Assembly: GCF_021869535.1 (NCBI RefSeq)
Contig: NW_026262690.1
Span: 61,876,001-61,940,000 of the forward strand
Reading direction: 5' to 3'
DNA: 64,000 nucleotides
DNA from: Mytilus californianus
Taxonomy: Eukaryota
In this document: positions 41,306-52,835 of the stretch, piece after piece
Layout: each line of letters opens with the position of its first letter
Position numbering within the stretch: the stretch's first letter is position 1
Translations under genes and position numbers: made by a program
Notes under the pieces: generated by a model
Database searches by the model: none
Told to the model about the DNA's origin: nothing
Seen by the model: the letters and a program-made list of their open reading frames with translations, nothing else

Positions 41306-41789
41306 CTTAAATTATTGTGCAGTAGCTTATTTTTAAATAATTCGCTATGTTATGTGGTGCCTTTTGTGTATTCAAGGATAGTATACAAATCCTTTGTGTA
41401 TTCTGATAAAAAATACTGTATTTTTAGTTAACCTTATGCACAGTATTATTGGGTAATAATAATTAATTTTGACAGACACGTTTGCTTTTTATTGATTTGC
41501 TCTCTGCCTTTTGGTAATACAACGGATTTTCAATAGATTTAAAGTTGAATTGTTTTTAAATACCTTCACGATCCGAAACCTGATCTCTCATATTCCGATT
41601 AAAATACTAACCATAAGTTACAACTTATTCTTTCGCGATCATTTTTCTCGATATAGAGAATGGATCGTGTTTCGATTTACTATCGGTATCGTTTTTCAAA
41701 TTGTTTTTGTTGATTAATCTTTGATTCTTGAATGGTGTTGAATTTCTTCCTATTTTATTTGTTAAATAAAGAATACTGTGTAAATATAA

Positions 41790-42070
41790 ATAAGAAGATG
41801 TGGTCAATGAGACAACTCTCCATCCAAGTCAAAACCAACGGTCTAATCTATATAAAAAACGAGAAACGAGAAACACTTATGAACCACACCAACAAACGAC
41901 AACCACTGAACAACAGGCTCCTGACTTAGGACAGGTGCATAAAAATGCAGCGGGTTTAAACGTTTTAACAGGCGCCAACCTTCACCCTAACCTGAGACAG
42001 TAGTGTAACATTACAACATAAAAAGACACACTATAAAATATCAATTGAAATGGCTTAACTCGATCAAAAA
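41790..42070 (+). repeat. Family A copy (internally deleted)
   Basis: The head is joined directly to AAAACCAACGGTCTAATCTAT; module AGGCTCCTGACTTAGGACAGG at 41915-41935. Confidence 0.8.
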
Positions 42071-43804
42071 GACATTTAAACAAAAACAAGTAAACATACG
42101 CTGGACAAATAAGTTTGATCTATGACACAATATAAATACAATATTAATAAAAAAAGATGTAGGAACAGTGTCAAAAAGACAACTCTAACCTGAAAAAAAA
42201 TGGCGTTAAACAAAACAACGTACACAAGTAAATTTGAATATAATAAATTTGTTGTTAGGAGTACGGAAGTAAACACTTTTTACAAAATTAATAAATTTGT
42301 TGTTCACAGTACGAGTACAGAAGTGAAACTTTATCGTCAAAATAAATACTTATCAAAGGTGGTACATATTAAAAAAAGTGAGACGAGATATAACACAAAA
42401 GATTATAAAATAAACAGTATTTTATCTCTTACAGGAAGAAACCAAAATCATTTAATCACGTTAATATTAACTTAACACGTTTCTCATCTCACGTGGCATT
42501 GTCTTTATCTTTGTTTTTTCTGTGGTTGATTTCAATTTATGAGTTTGTTTGTTATTTGTTATTTGCTTTGTTTTTTTTTTCTGAAAAAAATATCTGTATG
42601 TGATCAATGTTATTCGGTTCAACAGTCATCGACTTTTTCTTAACAAAATCTTAAGATTGAAACAGTTACGGATAAATCAGTTGTACAAATAAACCACCAA
42701 TGTTTGTCATCAGATTTTATGTAGATATAGTAATGGGTTTCATCAAGGCAGGTTCTATTCCGAATAGACTTAATAATGTATATCAACAACAGGATTACTA
42801 CATAAATTAGAAGGTAAACTAATTGTGAAATTGTCATGCAAGTGTAAAATATTTGGAATTGTTTCTGAATATTAAAAACTGGTATGAAATGGTAATGTTC
42901 AAATATATAGAGTAGAGGAATTTAATATTCGTAAAAAATAATCTCTTAAACCTTTTTACGAAAATGTTCTCTATTATTTTATAAGTATAGTTAAAAAGAA
43001 AGGTAAGGGAAAATCGCTAAGATTTATACGAAACAATGCATACAACTGATGGTAATCTGTACACGAAAAAATGTATGTACATTTTCATTTATACAGTACA
43101 GAATTTACAGCAGGTTTTTTACATTCTTGATTTTAGTAACTGAAACTTACAAATGTAAAGCGCGTGATACCGTCGATACATGGTAAACAAATAAATTTTA
43201 AAAATCTATAGAAATTTTTCCATGATGATTATTACAATTTTTTTTATATATGTGTCTTATATTTTTTCATATTAACTGTGATGGTAAGAATCGAATGACG
43301 ATTCTGTAAATTGAGAGCGGTACGAAATTAAGTGACTGAGCACATTTCGAGCAAGAAGGGCTTCCGCTTCATGTAAGATACACATACGTCATACCTCATT
43401 TGCATTCATATTGCAGAAAGCTTAACAAAATAACGTATTGACTGAGTGAAAGTCTTTTATTTATATATTATATATATATATTTGTAAATACTGCTTTATG
43501 GAAATGGACTTCAATGTTGTTTCTGTGTATTTTACATTGTATTTTGCAAGATTTTTAATATATATAGAACAAACAAAAAATTGCGAAAGCAAAATTACAG
43601 ATCTAACATTGTTGGGCTCATGTTTAGAAGACTTATATATATAAATGTGTATATAACATTATCATCCTTTACGACAGACAAAATAGCTGATCTGAAAGGT
43701 ACACCATCTACTTGCCACTATACATCATGTACTGTGTTACAACCCTAGATAAAGCCAACGAGGAAAGACATAACATCGACTACCGAAAGCTATATTTTTA
43801 TGTA

Positions 43805-43978
43805 GCCTAGCTAGTCAAGTGGTCTAGGGCGCTGGAAACGGTGCAGGCGTTGTTGCCACGATGTCACAGAAGCAAGGGTTCGAATCCCGCTGAGGGAAGT
43901 AAAAAAATTTGCTAACGCAAATTTTGAAGATCTTACATTGTTGGGCTAGATTTGAGACGAGTTATATGTATATATATA
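43805..43978 (+). mobile_element. tRNA-derived SINE with (TA)n tail
   Basis: A-box-like TAGTCAAGTGG at 43812-22 and B-box GTTCGAATC at 43878-86. A second 3'-only copy lies at 43571-43643. Confidence 0.7.
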
Positions 43979-43986
43979 GATTCCTA

Positions 43987-44016
43987 ACATCACTGAAAAG
44001 ACATTAATTGTCGAAA
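43987..44016 (+). ncRNA. Array hammerhead copy 1 (truncated, inactive)
   Basis: CTGAAAA core (G8 lost), and the sequence is deleted right after GAAA. Confidence 0.7.
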
Positions 44017-44709
44017 GATCCATTTTGTTACATCTGGTGATCATTTTATTTGGCAATCGACAATGGCAGTCAGCTGGGTTTAAGAACATCCGTTGTTCGA
44101 CCTGCTAGTCAAATGCGTTTTGTTAAAATATACTTTGTCACTTTTTTGGTCTTTTGGAAAATGTTGTTTGTGCTGTATTTAGACCCCTCTACCAAGAAAT
44201 TTGTTTTGCATGCACACGTATAAAAATTGCGGTTTTTATCCAACACAATCATAGGTTTGAACGTTGTTTTCAATTTAGACTTGTTTATGTTTTTTTCGTT
44301 TGGGCTTGTATTATATTTGCCTTTGGGTTTATATGATCCGTTCATCCTTTTTCGACTCTTCAAAATTCAAGAGTCTATCCTAAATTGAGGTATGCATTTT
44401 GTTAAAATATACTTTGTCACTTTTTTGGTCTTTTTTGGAAAATGTTGTTTGTGCTGTATTTAGACCCCTTTACCAAGAAATTTGTTTTGCATGCACCCGT
44501 ATAAAAATTGCGGTTTTTATCCAACGCAATCATAGGTTTGAACATTGTTTTCAATTTAGACTTGTATATACTTTTTTCGTTTGGGCTTGTATTATATTTG
44601 CCTTCGGGTTTATATGATCCGTTCATCCTATTTCGACTCTTCAATATTCAAGAGTCTATCCTAATTTGAGGTAAATTATATGGCCTTCCAAATACCGTTT
44701 CGATTCCTG

Positions 44710-44753
44710 ACATCACTGAAGAGACATAAATTGTCGAAATCCGGATATGGTGT
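44710..44753 (+). ncRNA. Array hammerhead copy 2 (intact minimal type I)
   Basis: ACATCA-CTGAAGA-GAC-ATAAATT-GTC-GAAA-T-CCGG-ATA^TGGTGT; predicted cut after 44747. Confidence 0.85.
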
Positions 44754-45245
44754 ACTAATTTTTACACCTTTTGTTTGCGGTATACCATCTTTTCCGCAAG
44801 TTTATTGTTTTCTGTATTATATTAAATTAATATTCGAGATGACTTTTTTTACATCTGGTGATCATTTTATTTGGCAATCGACAATGGCAGTCAGCAGGGT
44901 TTAAGAACATCCGTTGTTCGACCTGCTAGTCAAATGCGTTTTGTTAAAATATACTTTGTCACTTTTTTGGTCTTTTAGAAATGTTGTTTGTGTTGTATTT
45001 AGACCCCTTTACCAAGAAATTTGTTTTGCATCATGTATAAAAAATGCGGTTTTTATCCAACGCAATCATAGGTTTGAATGTTGTTTTCAATTTAGACTTG
45101 TTTATATTTTTTTCGTTTGGGCTTGTATTATATTTGCCTTTGGGTTTATATGATCCGTTCATCCTATTTCGACTCTTCAAAATTCAAGAGTCTATCCTAA
45201 ATTGAGGTAAATTATATGGCCTTCCAAATACCGTTTCGATTCCTA

Positions 45246-45289
45246 ACATCACTGAAGAGATATTAATTGTCGAAATCCGGATATGGTGT
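45246..45289 (+). ncRNA. Array hammerhead copy 3
   Basis: Helix II is GAT/GTC (U-G wobble); otherwise intact. Confidence 0.8.
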
Positions 45290-46066
45290 ACTAATTTTTG
45301 CACCTTTTGTTTGCGGTATACTATCTTTTCCGCGAGTTTATTGTTTTCTGTTTGATATTAAATTAATATTTAAGATCCATTTTTTTACATCTGGTGATCA
45401 TTTTATTTGGCAATCGACGATGGCAGTCAGCAGGGTTTAAGAACATCCGTTGTTCGACCTGCTAGTCAAATGCGTTTTGTTAAAATATACTTTGTCACTT
45501 TTTTGGTCTTTTGGAAAATATTATTTGTGCTGTATTTAGACCCCTCTACCAAGAAATTCGTTTTGCATGCACACGTATAAAAATTGCGGTTTTTATCCAA
45601 CGCAATCATAGGTTTGAACGTTGTTTTCAATTTAGACTTGTTTATGTTTTTTTCGTTTGGGCTTGTATTATATTTGCCTTTGGGTTTATATGATACGTTC
45701 ATCCTATTTCGACTCTTCAAAATTCAAGAGTCTATCCTAAATTGAGGTATGCATTTTGTTAAAATATACTTTGTCACTTTTTTGGTCTTTTTTGGAAAAT
45801 GTTGTTTGTGCTGTATTTAGACCCCTTTACCAAGAAATTTGTTTTGCATGCACACGTATAAAAATTGCGGTTTTTATCCAACGCAACCATAGGTTTGAAC
45901 ATTGTTTTCAATTTAGACTTGTTTATATTTTTTTCGTTTGGGCTTGTATTATATTTGCCTTCGGTTTTATATGATCCGTTCATCCTATTTCGACTCTTCA
46001 ATATTCAAGAGTCTATCCTAAATTGAGGTAAATTATATGGCCTTCCAAATACCGTTTCGATTCCTG

Positions 46067-46110
46067 ATATCACTGAAGAGACATAAACTGTCGAAATCCG
46101 GATATGGTGT
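46067..46110 (+). ncRNA. Array hammerhead copy 4
   Basis: Helix I is ATATCA/TGGTGT (extra wobble) and loop II is ATAAACT; core intact. Confidence 0.8.
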
Positions 46111-46604
46111 ACTAATTTTCACACCTTTTGTTTGCGGTATACCATCTTTTCCGCAAGTTTATTGTTTTCTGTATTATATTAAATTAATATTTGAGATGAT
46201 TTTTTTACATCTGGTGATCATTTTATTTGGCAATCGACAATGGCAGTCAGCAGGGTTTAAGAACATCCGTTGTTCGACCTGCTAGTCAAATGCGTTTTGT
46301 TAAAATATACTTTGTCACTTTTTTGGTCTTTTAGAAATGTTGTTTGTGTTGTATTTAGACCCCTTTACCAAGAAATTTGTTTTGCATGCACACGTATAAA
46401 AAATGCGGTTTTTATCCAACGCAATCATAGGTTTGAACGTTGTTTTCAATTTAGACTTGTTTATATTTTTTTCGTTTGGGCTTGTATTATATTTGCCTTT
46501 GGGTTTATATGATCCGTTCATCCTATTTCGACTCTTCAAAATCCAAGAGTCTATCCTAAATTGAGGTAAATTATATGGCCTTCCAAATACCGTTTCGATT
46601 CCTA

Positions 46605-46648
46605 ACATCACTGAAGAGACATTAATTGTGGAAATCCGGATATGGTGT
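46605..46648 (+). ncRNA. Array hammerhead copy 5 (probably impaired)
   Basis: GTC to GTG breaks the conserved G10.1-C11.1 pair. Confidence 0.75.
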
Positions 46649-47147
46649 ACTAATTTTTGCACCTTTTGTTTGCGGTATACCATCTTTTCCGCGAGTTTAT
46701 TGTTTTCTGTTTGATATAAAATTAATATTTAAGATCCATTTTGTTACATCTGGTGATCATTTTATTTGGCAATCGACGATGGCAGTCAGCAGGGTTTAAG
46801 AACATCCGTTGTTCGACCTGCTAGTCAAATGCGTTTTGTTAAAATATACTTTGTCACTTTTTTGGTCTTTTGGAAAATATTATTTGTGGTGTATTTAGAC
46901 CCCTTTACCAAGAAATTTGTTGTGCATGCACACGTATAAAAATTGCGGTTTTTATCCGAAGCAATCATAGGTTTGAACGTTGTTTTCAATTTAGACTTGT
47001 ATATACTTTTTTTTTCGTTTGGGCTTGTATTATATTTGCCTTTGGGTTTATATGATCCGTTCATCCTATTTCGATTCTTCAAAATTCAAGAGTCTATCCT
47101 AAATTGAGGTAAATTATATGGCCTTCCAAATACCGTTTCGATTCCTA

Positions 47148-47191
47148 ACATCACTGAAGAGACATTAATTGTCGAAATCCGGATATGGTGT
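47148..47191 (+). ncRNA. Array hammerhead copy 6 (intact)
   Basis: ACATCA-CTGAAGA-GAC-ATTAATT-GTC-GAAA-T-CCGG-ATA^TGGTGT. Confidence 0.85.
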
Positions 47192-47686
47192 ACTAATTTT
47201 TGCACCTTTTGTTTGCGGTATACCATCTTTTCCGCAAGTTTATCGTTTTCTGTTTGATATTAAATTAATATTTAAGATCAATTTTGTTATATCTGGTGAT
47301 CATTTTATTTGGCAATCGACAATGGCAGTCAGCAGGGTTTAAGAACATCCGTTGTTCGACCTGCTAGTCAAATGCGTTTTGTTAAAACATACTTTGTCAC
47401 TTTTTTGGTCTTTTGGAAAATATTAATTGTGCTGTATTTAGACCCCTTTACCAAGAAATTTGTTTTGCATGCACACGTATAAAAATTGCGGTTTTTATCC
47501 AACGCAATCATAGGTTTGAACGTTGTTTTCAATTTAGACTTGTTTAAATTTTTTTGTTTGGGCTTGTATTATATTTGCCTTCAGGTTTATATGATCCGTT
47601 CATCCTATTTCGACTCTTCAAAATTCAAGAGTCTATCCTAAATTGAGGTAAATTATATGGCCTTCCAAATACCGTTACGATTCCTA

Positions 47687-47730
47687 ACATCACTGAAGAG
47701 ACATTAATAGTCGAAATCCGGATATGGTGT
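47687..47730 (+). ncRNA. Array hammerhead copy 7 (intact)
   Basis: Only loop II differs (ATTAATA). Confidence 0.85.
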
Positions 47731-48093
47731 TCTAATTTTCGCACCTTTTGTTTGCGGTATACCATCTTTTCCGCAAGTTTATTGTTTTCTATTTGGTATT
47801 AAATTAATAATAAAGATCCATTTTGTTACATCTTGTGATCCGTTTATTTGGCAATCGCCAGTGGCAGTCAACAGGGTTTAAGAACATCCGTTGTTCGACT
47901 TGTTAGTCAAATGCGTTTTGTTAAAATATACTTTTTCACTTTTTTGGTCTTTTGGAAAATGTTGTTTGTGCTGTATTTAGACCCCTCTACCAAGAAATTT
48001 GTTTTGCATGCACACGTATAAAAATTGCGTTTTTTATCCAACGCAATCATAGGTTTTGAACGTTGTTTTCAATTTAGACTTATTTGTATATTC

Positions 48094-48385
48094 ATAGATT
48101 ATCGTTGGTTATCTGAACGAGATTGGTTTTCTCGCTTGAGCCGGTACGGCGAAAGTGAGAAAATAAATGGAGTTGAGATGACCAATGATAATCTGTTTAT
48201 CGCTATTTTCCCTATGAAGACGTTGTTAATTTCCTTGACAACGGCACGTGTTTCCTTAGTTTCTAGCGATAATTTTCATATCACTCGACTCCGTTTTCAT
48301 ATCGCTCGACTCCGCTGAGAACGGAAATTATCAGTCAGCAAGATCAAAGGAAAAATTCGTAAAATACTAGTAGCGATAAATATAT
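48094..48385. mobile_element. Long-palindrome non-autonomous element abutting the array end
   Basis: Hairpin 48094-48196 (AGATTATCGTTGGTTATCT/AGATGACCAATGATAATCT; TTTTCTCGCTT/AAGTGAGAAAA) with GAGCCGGTACGGCGA tip. Confidence 0.65.
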
Positions 48386-48556
48386 ATATATATAGAAACA
48401 TAGCGTCCATATACTAAAAATAGAAACAAGGCTTCAGGTACATGGAATACTCCGACTTTGAATCGAGTGATCGTAATAACCCATGAAAAAAGAAGAATGC
48501 TGCACCATATGTAATATTATACAATTATATAATTATAGCCTTTGTATGTTGTATGG

Positions 48557-48690
48557 GGTCGATACGAGGATATATCTACCGAAGACGGTCTGAGTTCGTG
48601 TACTTCTTTAGGTTGATATATCCTCGTATATGACTTCGTCTTAAGTCGATGTACTTCTTTCAGGTAGGTCGATATATCCTCGTATCGACC
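48557..48690. repeat. 134-bp fold-back mini-element with a perfect 20-bp inverted repeat
   Basis: GGTCGATACGAGGATATATC (48557-76) / GATATATCCTCGTATCGACC (48671-90). Confidence 0.8.
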
Positions 48691-50984
48691 TGATTCAAAG
48701 GCTACGATTATAATAACACTATCATGTTTCAAGATGCCTGAAATCCTTATATAGAGTAGAAAATTCATTTGAATGGTTGTTATGATTGTGTCACAAAGGA
48801 TTTAATACTTCAATTTATGGATATTTTAAAATAACTGTGCAATATCACTTTTCTATCTGCCGTTTTCAGACAGCAGTTTAACATTTGACTCATTCTGAAC
48901 GAATCAAATAAGTTAGAATATACAAAATAATAATATAAGGGTATATAGTATGTGTATGCAAATATCGTTGATTAGTTAGAATAATTTCAAATACCGTTTC
49001 TCCAATCCTTCTTCTACGATTTTTTTTCTAAATAAATGCTTTACTTATTGTAGCTCTCGTTGTTATTCGATATCACGTCATTTTTTTTTCAAATAAAACT
49101 TTCACATCTGAAAAATAACAATGCATAAGTTTCCATTTATTTGTTAATCATTTATTCATAAATCTGAAAGATGATAGTTTAATATAATTCCAAGAATCGA
49201 AGTAGTACAAACGTTAAAAAGCAATGTTAAGGATTGGGAAATGATGCGATATCTTTTGATAAATGAAATATCAAATTGGTGCTTCGCTCCGTTTACCATA
49301 ATGTCTGAAGTAGTAAATTTCATTCTAAATTATTAAGTAGTAATTTGTATTAAAACCGTAAAAATAAAGACTACCTGGTGAAATATCATATCTTTTCCAG
49401 TAATTGCATCGAAGTTTACTTACAATCTGAGCAATTAATCACCACTCTTTGGAAAATTACGTTGTTCGCAATTAATAGTTTCCTTTTTGATATTTAATAA
49501 TTAATAAGGCATTTATAATGTCTCTTAACTTATATCAGAAATGAAAAGGACATCACTGAATACCATCCTCCAGGGAGAAAAATCGTGTTTGTTAGATATG
49601 CTTTCTACAAAATTTAATAATGATGTAAAAGATAGACTACTTGAATCTAAATGTCTATAGCTAAATTTGTTGGCTTTTTCTTTATCATTTCTCTTGTTAT
49701 ATTCGTGATAGATAGACAAAAAATATACATACTTTGATTTCTTTTGTTACAGATTCAATATCGGCAATCGGAGGACAACTATATATTTAAATGCAATGTA
49801 CGAAACCCAAAGAGTGCAATAATATATAAAATTATAATAAACAATTTTGATATATCGTAATATTAAGAACATTATTTTTTTTTTGACAGGGCCCGATTTG
49901 GTGGTGTTACATCTTACAAAGTCTATCCGAATTATTTTGCAAAGAATTCCGCTCAAACCGGTGCTAGGGGCCGTCTTAAAATTGAAGTGAGGTTAGAGTT
50001 TTTGGGTTTTTTATTTGCTCCGTGTTGAAGGCATCACTGTGACTTTGAGATAAAGTACAGCAATAAAAGCGCTCTTCCTTTGCTTTTTGTGTGTTTTTTT
50101 TGTTGTGCATGTTTTGATTTTGTGTCATGGATGGATACCACATATCCTTTATATTTTTATTATATAAGATTCTGTTAAAAATAGATACGTTTTAAATTTT
50201 GAAAGCTTGAAAGGCAATTTATAAAACGTTTTTCAATAACTTTTCATAATATGCAGTTTTTTATACGTAATTTTTACTGAGCTATGCAAAATGTTGTTTT
50301 TTAAAAAGTTGTTTACTTATAACACTATTTCTAAATTTACAAAGAGTAAATATTTTCCAAATATGGTTATTGTTGAAGGTGTAATTATAACAATTGATTC
50401 AAATTGTAGTTCAGTCTTTCTTCTTTCATTGTGTATTAAACCAGACTTTGTATCTGAACAGATGACAAGTAAAAAAACGTAGACCTGAGCATGCATGAAA
50501 TATTTGCTACTAAACGTTAAGAAATCATTAATCAATCAGTACCAATACTACAAACATAACATTTTCATGAATCAGATTATTGTTCTACGTTTCCAGAGAT
50601 TGAAAGCAGTTTATCATTGGCTTCTCTTTATCGAAATAACTTGGGTACTCTGGACCTCGATGGAACTTTTTACTACAGCATACAGATTACTCCTCAGAAA
50701 GAGAAAAGGCTTCTTATCCATAACTTTTGTGCCAGAGCCATGTTCTCGGGGGTGGGGAGGGGAGGGGAGGGGTAAGTTTGGGAAAGAACTAAAACCGAAG
50801 TTAAACATACAGCTGAAATATTTGGCAATTTTGTGATATTGAAACTGGGTGCATGCCGATATCAAAACGGTATATAGCTTATACGGTCAGCTGTGAACTG
50901 TGTCTTCTCGTCCTCTACTTTAAGAAGAATTGTAGATGCATTACCATTTATTCATGGTAAGTGTGTGGCCAAACTTAGGCTTTC

Positions 50985-51265
50985 TTTTTGTGTCCGTCCC
51001 AAGTCAGGAGCCTGTAATTCAGTGGTTGTCGTTTGTTTCTGTATATCATATTCGTTTATTGTTTTGTACATAAATCAGGCCGTTAGTTTTCTCGTTTGAA
51101 TTGTTTTACATTTGTCATTTCGGGGTTTTTTACAGCTCACTATGCGGTATGGGTTTTGTTCATTGTTGAATGCTGTACGATGACCTAAAGTTGTTAACTT
51201 CTGTCTCATTTGGTCTCTGGTAGAGAGTTGTTCCATTGGCAATCATATAACATCTTCTAATTTTA
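50985..51265 (-). repeat. Family A copy
   Basis: Collinear with 28121-28410. Confidence 0.8.
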
Positions 51266-52309
51266 TTATTTGCACTTTAATATTGGACGTTGGTGTCTTT
51301 TCTTTTTTTTTTTTTGTCTTTTGTGAAAAAAAACAACGTTTATTTGATTTTACATAAAAACAGTAAATGATTAAGAGTCAGATGGCAAAAACGAATTAAT
51401 TTTACTATTAATATTTATAATTGTTTATGTGATTCAATGAGTAATCGAGAAAATAATGTGTTTCAAAAGGCATATTTGATAATGTGTCAATATTTTAATC
51501 TAAAATTCTTTCAAATTTCTATTATGATGATTTTATTTCTGTAAAATACCTGTAACTAATATTTTAAATGTTGAAACGGCAAAAATAAAAAATAACAATC
51601 CCGTCCGGTTTAGAGATCAAAAAAGATTTTTCATAACTAACCATCAGTGGTGCATCCGTAAACCTTTTTTTTCAAAATTATTTTCCTGTAAACTATGAAA
51701 AAGATGTTCGAAATAGGCATGAATATTGTCTTGCATCAAGCACCTACAGGCTTCTTAGAATCGTTGCAAGGGGTTTTTATAGTGCATATAGCGTGGTACT
51801 ATCGTTTCATGAATCATGAAGCATAGGATATTACATTCCCATTCAGACCCGACATGGCTCCGTATTCATACATTTCGCAAAGCCAAACTGACGCCTATAT
51901 CTAAAGACCGTTGAACTTTAACAGCTGCTGAAGAGGAGCAAAAAACTACCGACCACCCATAAAGATGTTGCTCAGCGTGGTACTTTCCCGTCACGAGGCA
52001 TCCAATTGAACGTCTCTATTCCGTCCGGTCGTGGCTGTGTATTTACACATTCCACTAAGAGAAACGAACGATTCCTTGGCAAGGGTTGTCCAGGTGATTG
52101 CGTTTTGATACTCTAGTCAACTTTTGGAGTGAAGACCATGATTAATAGGGCGTGGAATTTTAGCTGGTCAGTAGATGGTCAGAATTATTCCAGCATTAAA
52201 TGTCATTTTTAAAGAGAGGGGTCCATGAACTCGTTTTCAAGTTAAATCAGTCTGAATGATAAAATCTGTCGAGAATGCATCTTTTCCCATATGTCACAGT
52301 TTGACATCG

Positions 52310-52640
52310 AGAAAAATATAGATTCCATCACTGCAACAAGTGTGTTACGATATTTCTCCACTCGAGACAGTTAAATCTTAATATTTAAAGCGCGAGGCTT
52401 GCTGAGCTTTTTAAATAATTAAAATTTAACTGTCGAGAGTGGAGAAATATCGTAATACACGAGTTATAGTGGTGGAATCTGTTTTTCTAATGATTTTTAT
52501 CCTTCCTTTCCAAAGATTTGCAGAAAGTTGTGTTCTTTATATGTGACGTCATCAGGCATGGTCGCCTTTTTACAGGACGTCACAATAGGAAATTCAGAAA
52601 AAAATCAAGAAAATTTAACGTCATAATTAAATTTCGACTA
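52310..52640. mobile_element. Long-palindrome non-autonomous element
   Basis: Hairpin 52310-52488 with GCGCGAGGCTTGCTGAGC tip. Confidence 0.7.
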
Positions 52641-52835
52641 ATCATTTGCTGAGGACAGATATTTCACTAGTGATGAGAAATATTTTTCTCACACCGCTCA
52701 AGAAATGTGAAAATAGCACAAAAATTAGAGAAATAACATTTTACGTTAGCAACGTCATTACCTCCCCTGTAACTGTATCGTATGCCCTTAAGAAATATGT
52801 CCATCTGAACATCTTTTGTTCGGTACAGAAATTCA

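Larger units (their letters stand above)
43979..48081 (+). repeat. Tandem array of ~540-bp hammerhead-containing units (retrozyme-like satellite)
   Basis: Hammerheads start at 43987 (truncated), 44710, 45246, 46067, 46605, 47148 and 47687. Spacings from the second copy are 536, 821, 538, 543 and 539. Confidence 0.95.

Noticed and set aside
43805-43890. tRNA gene
   Set aside because: A and B boxes are present, but the spacing is too long, no cloverleaf is evident, and it continues into a repeated body and TA tail, so it was called a SINE.
44109-47082. Recurrent 60-122 aa ORFs on both strands of the array (e.g. MKSRNRMNGSYKPKGKY...) as a viroid-like or encoded protein
   Set aside because: They recur only because the DNA is repeated. 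Copies are frameshifted by homopolymer length changes (75, 84, 85 and 122 aa variants, absent in others) and have no recognisable domain.
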